A DNA stretch of 32,000 nt from an uncultured archaeon (GCA_964510585.1 CAZECW010000027.1:1-32000), one strand, 5' to 3'; positions 1 to 8,921 are shown, numbered from the stretch's first letter. Numbers and translations are program-made. Notes: generated by a model from the letters alone, not told the origin.

Positions 1-857
1 CACTGGATAGAAGGGCTGAAGAACCTTTAAAGGAGCCCCCTGCTTGGAGTAAAAGGTAGAGTCCGAGGTTGCTGCTACGGTTCTGGTGGCTGCTCACCAG
101 CCAAAACCAGTTTTAATAACCTATCTCATTTTCAAATACTGGGGTTTTAGAAAAGGTTTATAAATTCATAAAAAATCCCTGTGATTTCATTCTCTCGGGG
201 TGAATTTGTGTTTAATGCGCAGTTAATGCGTCTCGTCCTTACTAATTGCGTAGATAAATTTCCCATCTTTCTCAAAAGTAGGATAATCTTTTTTATAGGT
301 TTTTCTTGAAGGCAAATTGAGAGTGTTGAACTTCATAATAATTTTATTAGAAATACATAGTTGGATGCACCATTGGAAATACCATCCGGATGAAAATAGT
401 TAAAGGGGGTTGCAAAGCGAACATGCCCGCTACCTGTAGCAACAGTAAAGAGATTTACCATGTTGGAACATGTACCACACTTCAAGAAGAACTTATGAGA
501 CAAAAGGCTAAAACCACGGACAACCCAGCACAAATGGTGATGGAAGAATTTCAATTTTGGAGTCGACAGTTTGACCTTACTTTAAAGAGCTGCTATTTTC
601 TAACTAGGTTTCTGGATTCTGAGCTTAGACATTTGCGGTTAATGGGTGGGAAATCCTTCATTAATAAACTTAGTTTGGGAGTTCTATCTGGTGAAATGAA
701 TGTACTTAGAAAAAGTGTTTATGTAGCCAACTGTGAGGTGGTAGGATGCTTTTCTGTGGTGCTTGAGAGCATAATGTATTCGTCGCTAAACGTAAAAAGT
801 ACGCAAAATTTGGTATTTCCATGGTCATCCGAGTAAAAGATTTTGAAGGTGAGGGTA

Positions 858-1874
858 ATGGTGTATGGACTGTACATATTTGATGAGAATGGAAACAATG
901 TTTTCGAGAGGTTCTATGGAAAAATTAATTTGCATCCAGAAATCCTGCTCAGTTTTTGCAAAGAAATTACAAAATTTGTGCAAAACATAGATCAGAGCAA
1001 AAGAATCGGCCTTTTTAATATTGAGAAGTTGACTTTTATCTACTCGCTTTCCCAAGACATCTCCTTGGTGTTATGCTCCGACCAAAAGGAAGATGAAATG
1101 TACCTCATAAACAAACTAGTCAAAGTGCAAGAGGAAGCCCACAAAATCTTAAAACAAAAAACAGCAATGACAACCCAGACAGCAGAAGAAACAACAAAAA
1201 CAGAGGGAATAATGGAAACAGAATCAACTATGGAAACTGAAGAAGCAGTGGGACCTATAGAAACTATGGAAACAGAAACTAAGGAAGGGGTGGATGGGAA
1301 AGTTGAGGAAAGTCCTTTAAAGAATTTTGAGCAGGTTGTAGATGAGATTCTGTTTCCCTTCCTCAAAATAGCTATTCTCGGTTCAGGCGGGGTTGGGAAG
1401 AGTTCAGTGTTGAAACTGGTTTTAGGTGACGAGCCGGATGCCAACTATATTCCCACAGTGGGTGTGGATATTAAAGAGTTTGATTTTGAAGTAAAGAGTA
1501 TGAAGCTCGTTTTTTGGGACTTTTCGGGCCAGCCCCATTTCAGAAAACTGTGGCAACCGTTTCTTGAGGAAGCCGATTTGGTCATAGTGGTAAGCAACTC
1601 AACGGTTGAGAACCTGGTTGAAACTAAATCTATAATACAATTAATAAATGCGGAGAAACCAGACGCATGCATTGTACTAATAGCCAACAAGCAAGATTTA
1701 CCAGAGGCAATTCCTCCCGAAACAATCGAAAAATATATGGGAATGCCTGTACATGGACTGGTCGCAATAGACCCAAACCAGAGGGAAAAACTTTTGGAAA
1801 TCCTCAAAGAGGCAATCTTAGAACTCATCGAAAAAAGATCTCAAAAAACCTCTCTGGCAGAAATTAACACATAG
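858..1874 (+). CDS. Longin-like domain fused to Arf-like small GTPase (paralog 1), with acidic Thr/Glu-rich insertion
   Basis: ORF 843..1874; ATG at 858 follows AGGTGAGGG. GTPase motifs: G1 GSGGVGKS, G2 PTVG, G3 WDFSGQ (+RKLW, Arf-like), G4 NKQDLP. N-terminus VYGLYIFDENGNNVFERFY resembles the first beta-hairpin of longin domains. Confidence 0.85.
   Translation: MVYGLYIFDENGNNVFERFYGKINLHPEILLSFCKEITKFVQNIDQSKRIGLFNIEKLTFIYSLSQDISLVLCSDQKEDEMYLINKLVKVQEEAHKILKQKTAMTTQTAEETTKTEGIMETESTMETEEAVGPIETMETETKEGVDGKVEESPLKNFEQVVDEILFPFLKIAILGSGGVGKSSVLKLVLGDEPDANYIPTVGVDIKEFDFEVKSMKLVFWDFSGQPHFRKLWQPFLEEADLVIVVSNSTVENLVETKSIIQLINAEKPDACIVLIANKQDLPEAIPPETIEKYMGMPVHGLVAIDPNQREKLLEILKEAILELIEKRSQKTSLAEINT
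1212..1277 (+). repeat. In-frame imperfect repeat ATGGAAAC(A/T)GAA (METE) x3
   Basis: Copies start at 1212, 1230 and 1266, all in frame, inside the low-complexity segment. Confidence 0.7.
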
Positions 1875-2363
1875 GTTCAACCAGCAATGCAATCACAAAT
1901 GAAACAACAGATACCGAAAAATTTTGGAACCCCTACAATTTTTAAGGAATTTATTCAGACCCCACACTAACCCCTATTCACCTCAAACAAAATATTACGA
2001 TTATGCCTTTGGTTCAAATAACAGGATAAAGCAAGCATGGCTCTCTGCCTTTCTTTGGGAAATTTTTTGGCAGTGTTGCGTCTTCACCTTCTTGGATTTA
2101 TCTTTTCTAAATTTTATCTCCACATTCCGTGCTAGCTTCTCGAGTGGGTTGCACTACATGTAGTTTTCGTGATGGTTTTTGAAGCTTACAGATTTGTTGG
2201 ATTTCCATAGACTCATCTATAGTTTCAAAATTGGAGCACGAACCAAGTTGGTGAAATGGGGTTCTTTAGAGAATTTGGAGTATTGGACAAAAAAGCATAT
2301 TTGTTTAGAACGCATTTTTTTAGGTAAAGAACCCTTAGGTTGCATAAGGTGAGGGTTAACTTT

Positions 2364-3467
2364 ATGGAAGAGCTAATTTCGTTTTTGTCGGATCAGCGGG
2401 TGTGGCTTCTTATTGATCGGTTATTGGCTGAGCCGGATTTGGAGTTTTTTCCCCAATTTTCGCATTCAACCACCCTGGGATTTAGGTATCCTGAAGCGGA
2501 GAAAATTCTGGCAATGAACAGTTTGGAAGCCTTCGAAATTCTGAACCGCTTAACCTCTCTCAATGTTCTCTCTAAAAATGTTGAGGACACAATACTTACC
2601 TGTCCCGAGTGCAGGAATTACGACATCCATTTAAGGCTTACCTGTCCAAAGTGTGGGAGTGGTAACACTAGTCGCGAAACGGTGGTGGAGCATTTCGAGT
2701 GTGGACTCATCGATCTAAAGGAAAAGTTTGGAAAACACACTATGCTTCTTTGCCCGAAGTGCAAAAAGAAGCTGCGGTCTGAAGGCGAAGACTATAACGT
2801 TACTGTAACCAATATGTGTCACTCATGCGGGGCACTATTTTCTCAGCCTGCGGCGCGGATGCACTGTTTTAATTGCGATTCAGAATTTAAAGTCGACGAA
2901 GCTCAGAGACAGGAGGTCTACTCCTTCAGGTTCAATAAAGGAATTCGCCCCAGCATAATAAATCTATTAGCTTACCGACCAATGCTGACAGAAATTAAAC
3001 CCTCCAGGAAGAGAAAAGTTGAATTAGACCCCCTTAACGTTCACCTAATTAACGTTCTTCAAAAGGATGGACGGGCATCATTCCGGGAAATAAGCAGAAA
3101 ATTGAAAGTCAGCGACGCGACCATCAGAGACCGCGTTAACAAGCTTCTCAAAAGCGGAGTAATAGAGGAAATCACCGCCATCGTGAACCCACAAAAAGTG
3201 GGAAAAGAAGAAATATCCTTCATCATCCTAGAGATTGAACCCTCAGAACTAACAAAGGTTTTATCCAAACTAAAAGACATACCTGAAATAAAATTCGTCT
3301 GCGAAACCGCAGGCAAAGAAAACGCCCTCATTATGGTCTTCTCAGAAAACAGAGAAACACTAAAAGAACTCATCGACCAAAAAATCAGCGCACTACCAGC
3401 AACAAAAATAACACAAATCCTAAGTGTCACAAACTTCCAGAAAAAGGATTTAAAAGTAACACTTTAG
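2364..3467 (+). CDS. Lrp/AsnC-family regulator with N-terminal multi-zinc-ribbon (TackOD1-like) domain
   Basis: ORF 2340..3467; ATG at 2364 follows AGGTGAGGG. Cys motifs CPEC, CPKC, EHFECG, CPKC, CHSC, CFNC. C-terminal LDPLNVHLINVLQKDGRASFREISRKLKVSDATIRDRVNKL...GVI is a classic AsnC HTH, followed by a RAM-like ligand domain. Confidence 0.85.
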   Translation: MEELISFLSDQRVWLLIDRLLAEPDLEFFPQFSHSTTLGFRYPEAEKILAMNSLEAFEILNRLTSLNVLSKNVEDTILTCPECRNYDIHLRLTCPKCGSGNTSRETVVEHFECGLIDLKEKFGKHTMLLCPKCKKKLRSEGEDYNVTVTNMCHSCGALFSQPAARMHCFNCDSEFKVDEAQRQEVYSFRFNKGIRPSIINLLAYRPMLTEIKPSRKRKVELDPLNVHLINVLQKDGRASFREISRKLKVSDATIRDRVNKLLKSGVIEEITAIVNPQKVGKEEISFIILEIEPSELTKVLSKLKDIPEIKFVCETAGKENALIMVFSENRETLKELIDQKISALPATKITQILSVTNFQKKDLKVTL

Positions 3468-3894
3468 CAATAACCCATTATTGCCCCCAGCCAGCATCAC
3501 TTTCCAACAATTAGACTTGTGTCTGAAAAATTTTCCAAATAAACTAAAATTGCAAAAAATTCGCCAAAACACATCAAAGGTAATAGCTCCTAAAATATAG
3601 ATTTTTGTGGCCAGCTCTCCTATCTTCTCTTATGAATAATATCTGGATGTTATTCCAACCAAGCAAAGAGCTTTGCTCAAATATTTTGAAGGAAAGGGGA
3701 TGGAGGAGAATGAGTTTACTACCCCCGATGTGCGCATAAAGGAAACCAAAAGAACATGAAAACTATGGAAATACCTGCCTTACTGCATAATTCTATTTTT
3801 TCAATTCGTTTGCCTTTTTAGATGAATTTTTGCAATTACGCGATGCTGAAAAATTTTCGGAACAACAAATAAAATCGCCAGAAAAAGCAAAATT

Positions 3895-4812
3895 ATGAAA
3901 CAGGAGAGGGATGCCACAAACTTTTTATCCATGGGCGAAAAGTTTTTACTCATGTCACGCCCATCTTTTCTTAACGTTGGTTTTGATCAGAACGGTCAAT
4001 TCATTCCCCTAACCTATGAACACATAAGCACCACACTGGACAATGTGAAATTCGACAAGGACTGGGGAACATTAACAATATCCGATGTTCGTATCGTTTG
4101 GTACAAAAAGAGAAGTGTTGGAAAAGCAATCCTCAAAGGAGCTCTAGCAGCAGCCGCCGTTGGTATCGCTAGTGGGGTGGCCGGAGAAATTGTGGGAAGA
4201 AATGTAGGCGGCTTGGCTGGCCACATCGCTCGAAGGGCCATAACTGGCGCTGGCTTTGCAATTGGTTCTGGAATGATTCTCGGTGCTATGACTGGAAATG
4301 ACTTTATGAATATTGGTCGGGACGGCAAACTCGAATCTCTAGCGATTCCCCTAGCTTCGGTTAAAGACGTTCAATCCGACAGTAAGGGCCTAACCATAAT
4401 TCTGGAAAGCGGCGACTCTATGCGTTTCGAAGTAAAGAACTTAAAAGCTTTACCAGCAATCAAGACGACAATAAAAGCAAAAAAAGACGAAGGAAAATGC
4501 CCATACTGTGGAGCAGTAATCCCTCCAGGTAACACTTCCTGCCAATCCTGCGGAGCCCCAGTTAGAGCATCCACAGTGCCTCCGGGCACTGCAAGAACCC
4601 AATCTGCCTTCGGCTCACAAATCGGTGCACAAGGCCCCGCATCCCAAACAATGCAAACAACAAGATGCCCCTCATGCGGTAAACAAGTACCATTGGCAAA
4701 ATTTTGTTTTGAGTGCGGTTCCCCAATAGGACAAGTGTGCCCTAACTGCGGGCAAGCAATTCCATCAAACATGTCTGGTAAATTCTGTCCACACTGTGGC
4801 GGTAAGTTATAG
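3895..4812 (+). CDS. PH/GRAM-like domain with Gly/Ala-rich (glycine-zipper-like) insertion and C-terminal zinc ribbons
   Basis: WGTLTISDVRIVWYKK and IPLASVKDV...LTIILESGDSMRF resemble PH-like strands, separated by ~55 Gly/Ala-rich residues. Six CxxC motifs in the C-terminal third. Start could instead be the second Met (MGEK). Confidence 0.7.
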   Translation: MKQERDATNFLSMGEKFLLMSRPSFLNVGFDQNGQFIPLTYEHISTTLDNVKFDKDWGTLTISDVRIVWYKKRSVGKAILKGALAAAAVGIASGVAGEIVGRNVGGLAGHIARRAITGAGFAIGSGMILGAMTGNDFMNIGRDGKLESLAIPLASVKDVQSDSKGLTIILESGDSMRFEVKNLKALPAIKTTIKAKKDEGKCPYCGAVIPPGNTSCQSCGAPVRASTVPPGTARTQSAFGSQIGAQGPASQTMQTTRCPSCGKQVPLAKFCFECGSPIGQVCPNCGQAIPSNMSGKFCPHCGGKL

Positions 4813-5425
4813 TTCTTAAAAGCTTCAATGCAAGTGAGTCATCCCGTAGGTAGTATTCCCAATTTTATTCCTAGTTTGTGACAGTAGCCTCCAGGCGGTT
4901 CCAGGACATTTTAGCCACTAGAGCTAGGCACAGGTAGATGGGTGCGAAGCCGTAGTTGTTTTGGAACGTGACTTCCGTAGAATTAAGCATCTCACTTTTT
5001 TGCGTTGGGGGCGTTCGATCCAAACAATTATTTCTTTGTAAAATTAGAAATCTTGCAAGTACAGAAGGCTCTCTCCGTATCAAACAGCTTTTTATCAACT
5101 CGTGACAGTCTTCAAAAAGATTTATAAGTACTCAATATTTTTCTGAATTCCCTTTTTCTTTTGTGATTCTGGGCTTAATGCGCTGTTGAAATGTAAAATA
5201 ATTTGCGGGTTGCGTGGCTTAGACTCACTTTTTTTGGCAAAATAAGTATTGCGTTTTTTCTTGTATTTGCTTTTTAGGTTTTTTGCCAGCTTTTGCGGGT
5301 TTTAAGCATATTAAATCTGTGATTAGTTAGTGACCAGGCGATTCTTGCAACCTCCCGAATCGATTTAATTCAATAAGCGAGGACGAGCTAATGAGAACCA
5401 GTTTCCCTGTTGAAGGTGGAAAGAG

Positions 5426-6277
5426 GTGGGTAAAGTTAAAGCTTTAGTTGCCGGTGAGAATAAGGAAGTTTTCCGGGAGGAATCCCCTGATACCATCGAA
5501 GCGAAGTTGATGGGATGCGTAGCCAAAATTAGGAACGAATTGGTTCAGGGTATAACTATGAAGTTTCCTATTAAGGGCTTAGAAATGGTTGTTGGACAGG
5601 TATTTGATGGTGCTATAGAGAAACATTTTGACTCCCTCCTGAAAATTTTGGATTTAAAGCATTCACCATTAAAGGATAATTCTTCGAAGGTAGAGTCTTC
5701 GAAGTCTAGAATTTTTGATTCTCGCGGTTATGTTTACTCTCAGTCGAAGGTTAAGGTAAGTGATGCGGTTAAACGTTCTGAGGAAAATGTAAACTTATCA
5801 CTGGACACCCGTGTCCAAACTGGTGCTGAGACAGTTGGAAAAATAGATGAGAGAGTGATTAGTGAATACCAGAAAAGAATAGATGAATTAATGTTGGGAA
5901 TAAAAGCTAGAGATAGCAAAATATTGGGGCTCAAAAGGGAGATAGAAAAGCTTCAAAAATCATTAGAGCTCTTACAGGCACAAGCGTCTTCTCCATTTAT
6001 TTATTCTGCATCTCCCAACCAGGAAGAGGCGATACATATTCAGAATCAGTTGAGAAGTATGATGGAATTTATGAGAAGAATCACCCCTATTCTAAATAAG
6101 GATCCCAAATACAAGATAATGTTCTTCCTGAAACGTGTGGGCAAAGCCCCGGCTAGTAAACTCGGCGAAGAACTGGGCATACCTCCAAAGGAATTAGACT
6201 CACTCATCAAAGAACTTGAAACTATGAAAATAATAAGAAAAGAAGAGGAAACCGTTTTCCTCACTGATGTCCATTGA
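5426..6277 (+). CDS. Hypothetical protein: central coiled coil plus C-terminal winged-helix domain
   Basis: 283-aa ORF. Heptad-like YQKRIDELMLGIKARDSKILGLKREIEKLQKSLELLQ; wHTH-like DPKYKIMFFLKRVGKAPASKLGEELGIPPKELDSLIKELETMKII. Ends 57 nt upstream of the next gene. Confidence 0.7.
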   Translation: MGKVKALVAGENKEVFREESPDTIEAKLMGCVAKIRNELVQGITMKFPIKGLEMVVGQVFDGAIEKHFDSLLKILDLKHSPLKDNSSKVESSKSRIFDSRGYVYSQSKVKVSDAVKRSEENVNLSLDTRVQTGAETVGKIDERVISEYQKRIDELMLGIKARDSKILGLKREIEKLQKSLELLQAQASSPFIYSASPNQEEAIHIQNQLRSMMEFMRRITPILNKDPKYKIMFFLKRVGKAPASKLGEELGIPPKELDSLIKELETMKIIRKEEETVFLTDVH

Positions 6278-6334
6278 ATAAACTAGTAGTTAAAGAATTA
6301 GAAACAATCCATCTTCTCCCAACTAAAAAAGGTT

Positions 6335-7249
6335 ATGAAGGCGAAGAAATTGATATATGGACTATTCATATTTGATAGGGTTGGAAAAAGCCTTTACCAA
6401 AAGTTTTATGGAAAAATTAACTTAGACCGCGAACTCCTAACCCGTTTCGTAAGGGAGTTTATAGTTTTCATTCTAAATTTTGACCAAAGCGATAGGGTGG
6501 AATGCCTAAACCTTGAAAACATGAAATTAGTTTACTCCATAATTAAAAACACGGTTTCCGCAATTTCCACGGATCAAAAAGAAGACGAAATGTATCTAAT
6601 GGACAAACTCATCAAAATACATGAACAATTCATTAAAATTTACGAGAACCCCTCCAAAGAGGAAGCAGAAGAAAAAGAAAAGGTAAATGCGCCGACAATC
6701 GAGGAAAACCCATTAATGAATTTTGAGAAGACAGTGGATGCGATCCTGTTTCCCTTTCTAAAAGTAGCTATCCTCGGTTCAAGTGGAGTTGGAAAAACCT
6801 CGGTGATGAAACTAATTGTGGGCGACGAGACGGACACAACATACACTCCCACAGTAGGTGTAGACATTAAAGAGTTTGACATGGACTTCAAAAATATGAA
6901 ACTCATTTTTTGGGACTTCTCAGGCCAACCACATTTCAGAAAACTGTGGCAACCCTTCCTCGAGGGAACTGACATCGTCATACTCGTAACCGATTCCAAA
7001 ACCGAAAACCTAGCGGAAACCAGAGCAATACTACAACTAGTTAAGAGGGAAAAGCCAGACGCAAACATCCTATTAATAGCAAATAAGCAGGACTTACCCA
7101 ACGCAAACCCCCCAGAAACAATAGAAAAGTACATGGGAATAAAGGCATATGGAATTGTGGCAATCGACACAAAATACAGAGAAAAAGTAATAAAAGCACT
7201 CAAAGAGACGATAACGGGACGCATAGAACCCCAACCTCAACAAACCTAA
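6335..7249 (+). CDS. Longin-like domain fused to Arf-like small GTPase (paralog 2)
   Basis: G1 GSSGVGKT, G2 PTVG, G3 WDFSGQ, G4 NKQDLP. N-terminus IYGLFIFDRVGKSLYQKFY. Aligns end to end with 858..1874 apart from a shorter acidic insertion. Confidence 0.85.
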   Translation: MKAKKLIYGLFIFDRVGKSLYQKFYGKINLDRELLTRFVREFIVFILNFDQSDRVECLNLENMKLVYSIIKNTVSAISTDQKEDEMYLMDKLIKIHEQFIKIYENPSKEEAEEKEKVNAPTIEENPLMNFEKTVDAILFPFLKVAILGSSGVGKTSVMKLIVGDETDTTYTPTVGVDIKEFDMDFKNMKLIFWDFSGQPHFRKLWQPFLEGTDIVILVTDSKTENLAETRAILQLVKREKPDANILLIANKQDLPNANPPETIEKYMGIKAYGIVAIDTKYREKVIKALKETITGRIEPQPQQT

Positions 7250-7490
7250 TAACAAGAATTACCACATAAATCCTACTATAATACTAATTTTCCCCTCTTT
7301 TAGAAATAGGTGTAGTGCGGTTTTTAAATTAGTTCGCCCAAATTAACATTGTAAATTTTCAAATAATCTTTAAGCCCCATTTAACAAATTTTAAATATCC
7401 CATGGAACATTTTTGGGGCAGAGTTCAACAATATTCAGCGCAAAAAGTGGAGTGGGATAGGGGATGATTTCTAATTGGGATGCTGCCTTT

Positions 7491-8921
7491 TTAGAGGATG
7501 CTCCTTAGTGATACTTCGTTGTTTCCGTTCACGTTTTCGATAACCAAGGCATACATTTCCGTTGGGGGAAACTCGCCGTATATTACTGTTGTCCCTATGC
7601 GTTCCATAACGAAATTGGTTGATGATAGGTGCCTTAAACTGTCTATGCATTGAATGCCTTGCCTTGCCATTGCTAAGATTATTCCCTTCATGTAGCCAGT
7701 TTCAAGAACTATTGCCCCTATATTTCTTCGGAGAGCTTCTTCTCCGAAAATTCTCTCCAAAGTGTCTACTCCAAGGAGCCATAGGAATGTTTCAGCACCC
7801 AGCCGCTTGGTGACCTCAGTTACCGCATTACGGAAATCCAAAATAAACTCTTGTATGTTATCCTTTGAAACACTAATCTCGTTAAGTTCACTTTCTGCCT
7901 CTTCTGTCAATACTAAAAAATGAAGATACTTTCTAATCAGCGAGAGAATCTTCTCATCATTTCCTAATCCCACTGTAGATGATAAGTATTCCATAGCTAA
8001 TTTGGTTGTAGCGGTTTGTGGTAAATTTATAAAAGCGGGTATTTCCTGCCGAATAAAACTTAATACAATTGGCCATAGGAAGTAAACGTATTCTGTTCCT
8101 ATGCCTTTTGCCACTTCAAGGAGGTTAAGTGTACTCTTCCTCAACCCCCCATTCAAAATTTTATCCAGCTCTTGAATGCTTGTGGAGATAAACATACTCT
8201 CTCCTGATTTTTCAAGTTTTGGAGGAGCATATTTAATGTGGGGAAAGTTTATTGGTTCGAAGATGGTGAATCTTCCATTTTTGAGGGAGAAAAGATAGAA
8301 TGGCTGTTTTATCTCCCCACCACGTAGCTTTTCCAGATACAGTTTCCTAACAAGCCTATCCTTCACTATTCCCCTTTCCAGTCTAACCACTGCATCAGTT
8401 AAATAGTCGAGTCTCTGGTTCTCACTTGCCTCCGATACGAAGATCATGTTTGTGTTTGTCTTCGCTCCCAATTCCAACAGAATGCTTTCAAGCGTGGTGT
8501 CACCAAGGGGAATGTTCATGTTTGTTTTAATAGCATCCAAACTGTCAATAATGACTGTTACGGGCCGCTTCTCCGACTGTTGGATCCTATCATTTATCGA
8601 CCTTAAAAATTCTGGCTGCTCAGTATACTCAAATATTGCACTCCTGGGAAGATCAGAGGACAAATAGGAGCGCCTAGCATCCAGAATGTTCCGCTCATTC
8701 AGGCATTCACCTATCCAGGGAAACTGATCCAAAAGTCTATCAGGAGAAACCCGCGAAGAAAGATAGATAACAGTCTTATCCCCAGTGGAAATACCCTTAA
8801 CCATCTCTAAAGCCAAAGTAGTCTTACCCGAACCAGGAGCCCCCTTAATATGAACAGAATATCTTCCCTTCTCCAAAAGACCTATAAGCTCAGCCGGAAC
8901 ATTCCTTTCAACACTCAGCAT
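7491..8921 (-). CDS. GvpD-like / KaiC-RAD55 superfamily ATPase with two RecA-like domains
   Basis: ORF 7491..8936; likely ATG at 8921. Walker A GAPGSGKT, YLSSRVSPDRLLDQFPW, Walker B VIIDS, LDYLTDAVV, LEKLRG. Second domain starts ISTSIQELDKILNGGL with a degenerate P-loop (EVAKGIGTE). Confidence 0.8.
   Translation of the reverse strand: MLSVERNVPAELIGLLEKGRYSVHIKGAPGSGKTTLALEMVKGISTGDKTVIYLSSRVSPDRLLDQFPWIGECLNERNILDARRSYLSSDLPRSAIFEYTEQPEFLRSINDRIQQSEKRPVTVIIDSLDAIKTNMNIPLGDTTLESILLELGAKTNTNMIFVSEASENQRLDYLTDAVVRLERGIVKDRLVRKLYLEKLRGGEIKQPFYLFSLKNGRFTIFEPINFPHIKYAPPKLEKSGESMFISTSIQELDKILNGGLRKSTLNLLEVAKGIGTEYVYFLWPIVLSFIRQEIPAFINLPQTATTKLAMEYLSSTVGLGNDEKILSLIRKYLHFLVLTEEAESELNEISVSKDNIQEFILDFRNAVTEVTKRLGAETFLWLLGVDTLERIFGEEALRRNIGAIVLETGYMKGIILAMARQGIQCIDSLRHLSSTNFVMERIGTTVIYGEFPPTEMYALVIENVNGNNEVSLRSIL

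Noticed and set aside
333-836. Overlapping ORFs 390..836 (+) and 333..554 (-)
   Set aside because: Neither has a recognisable domain or RBS. A one-base repair near 390 would give IPSGWKI, like PSGWKI in the 954-aa protein, but a match this short is not evidence.
5000-5030. GTTCGATCC resembling a tRNA T-loop
   Set aside because: No acceptor stem, D arm or anticodon arm can be folded around it.
4871-5098. 75-aa minus-strand ORF with coding-like codons
   Set aside because: No motif, no clear RBS, short; could be a gene remnant but is unsupported.
7491-8921. Gas vesicle or circadian clock system
   Set aside because: No gvpA/gvpN or kaiA/kaiB-like genes in the window; the similarity is family-level only.
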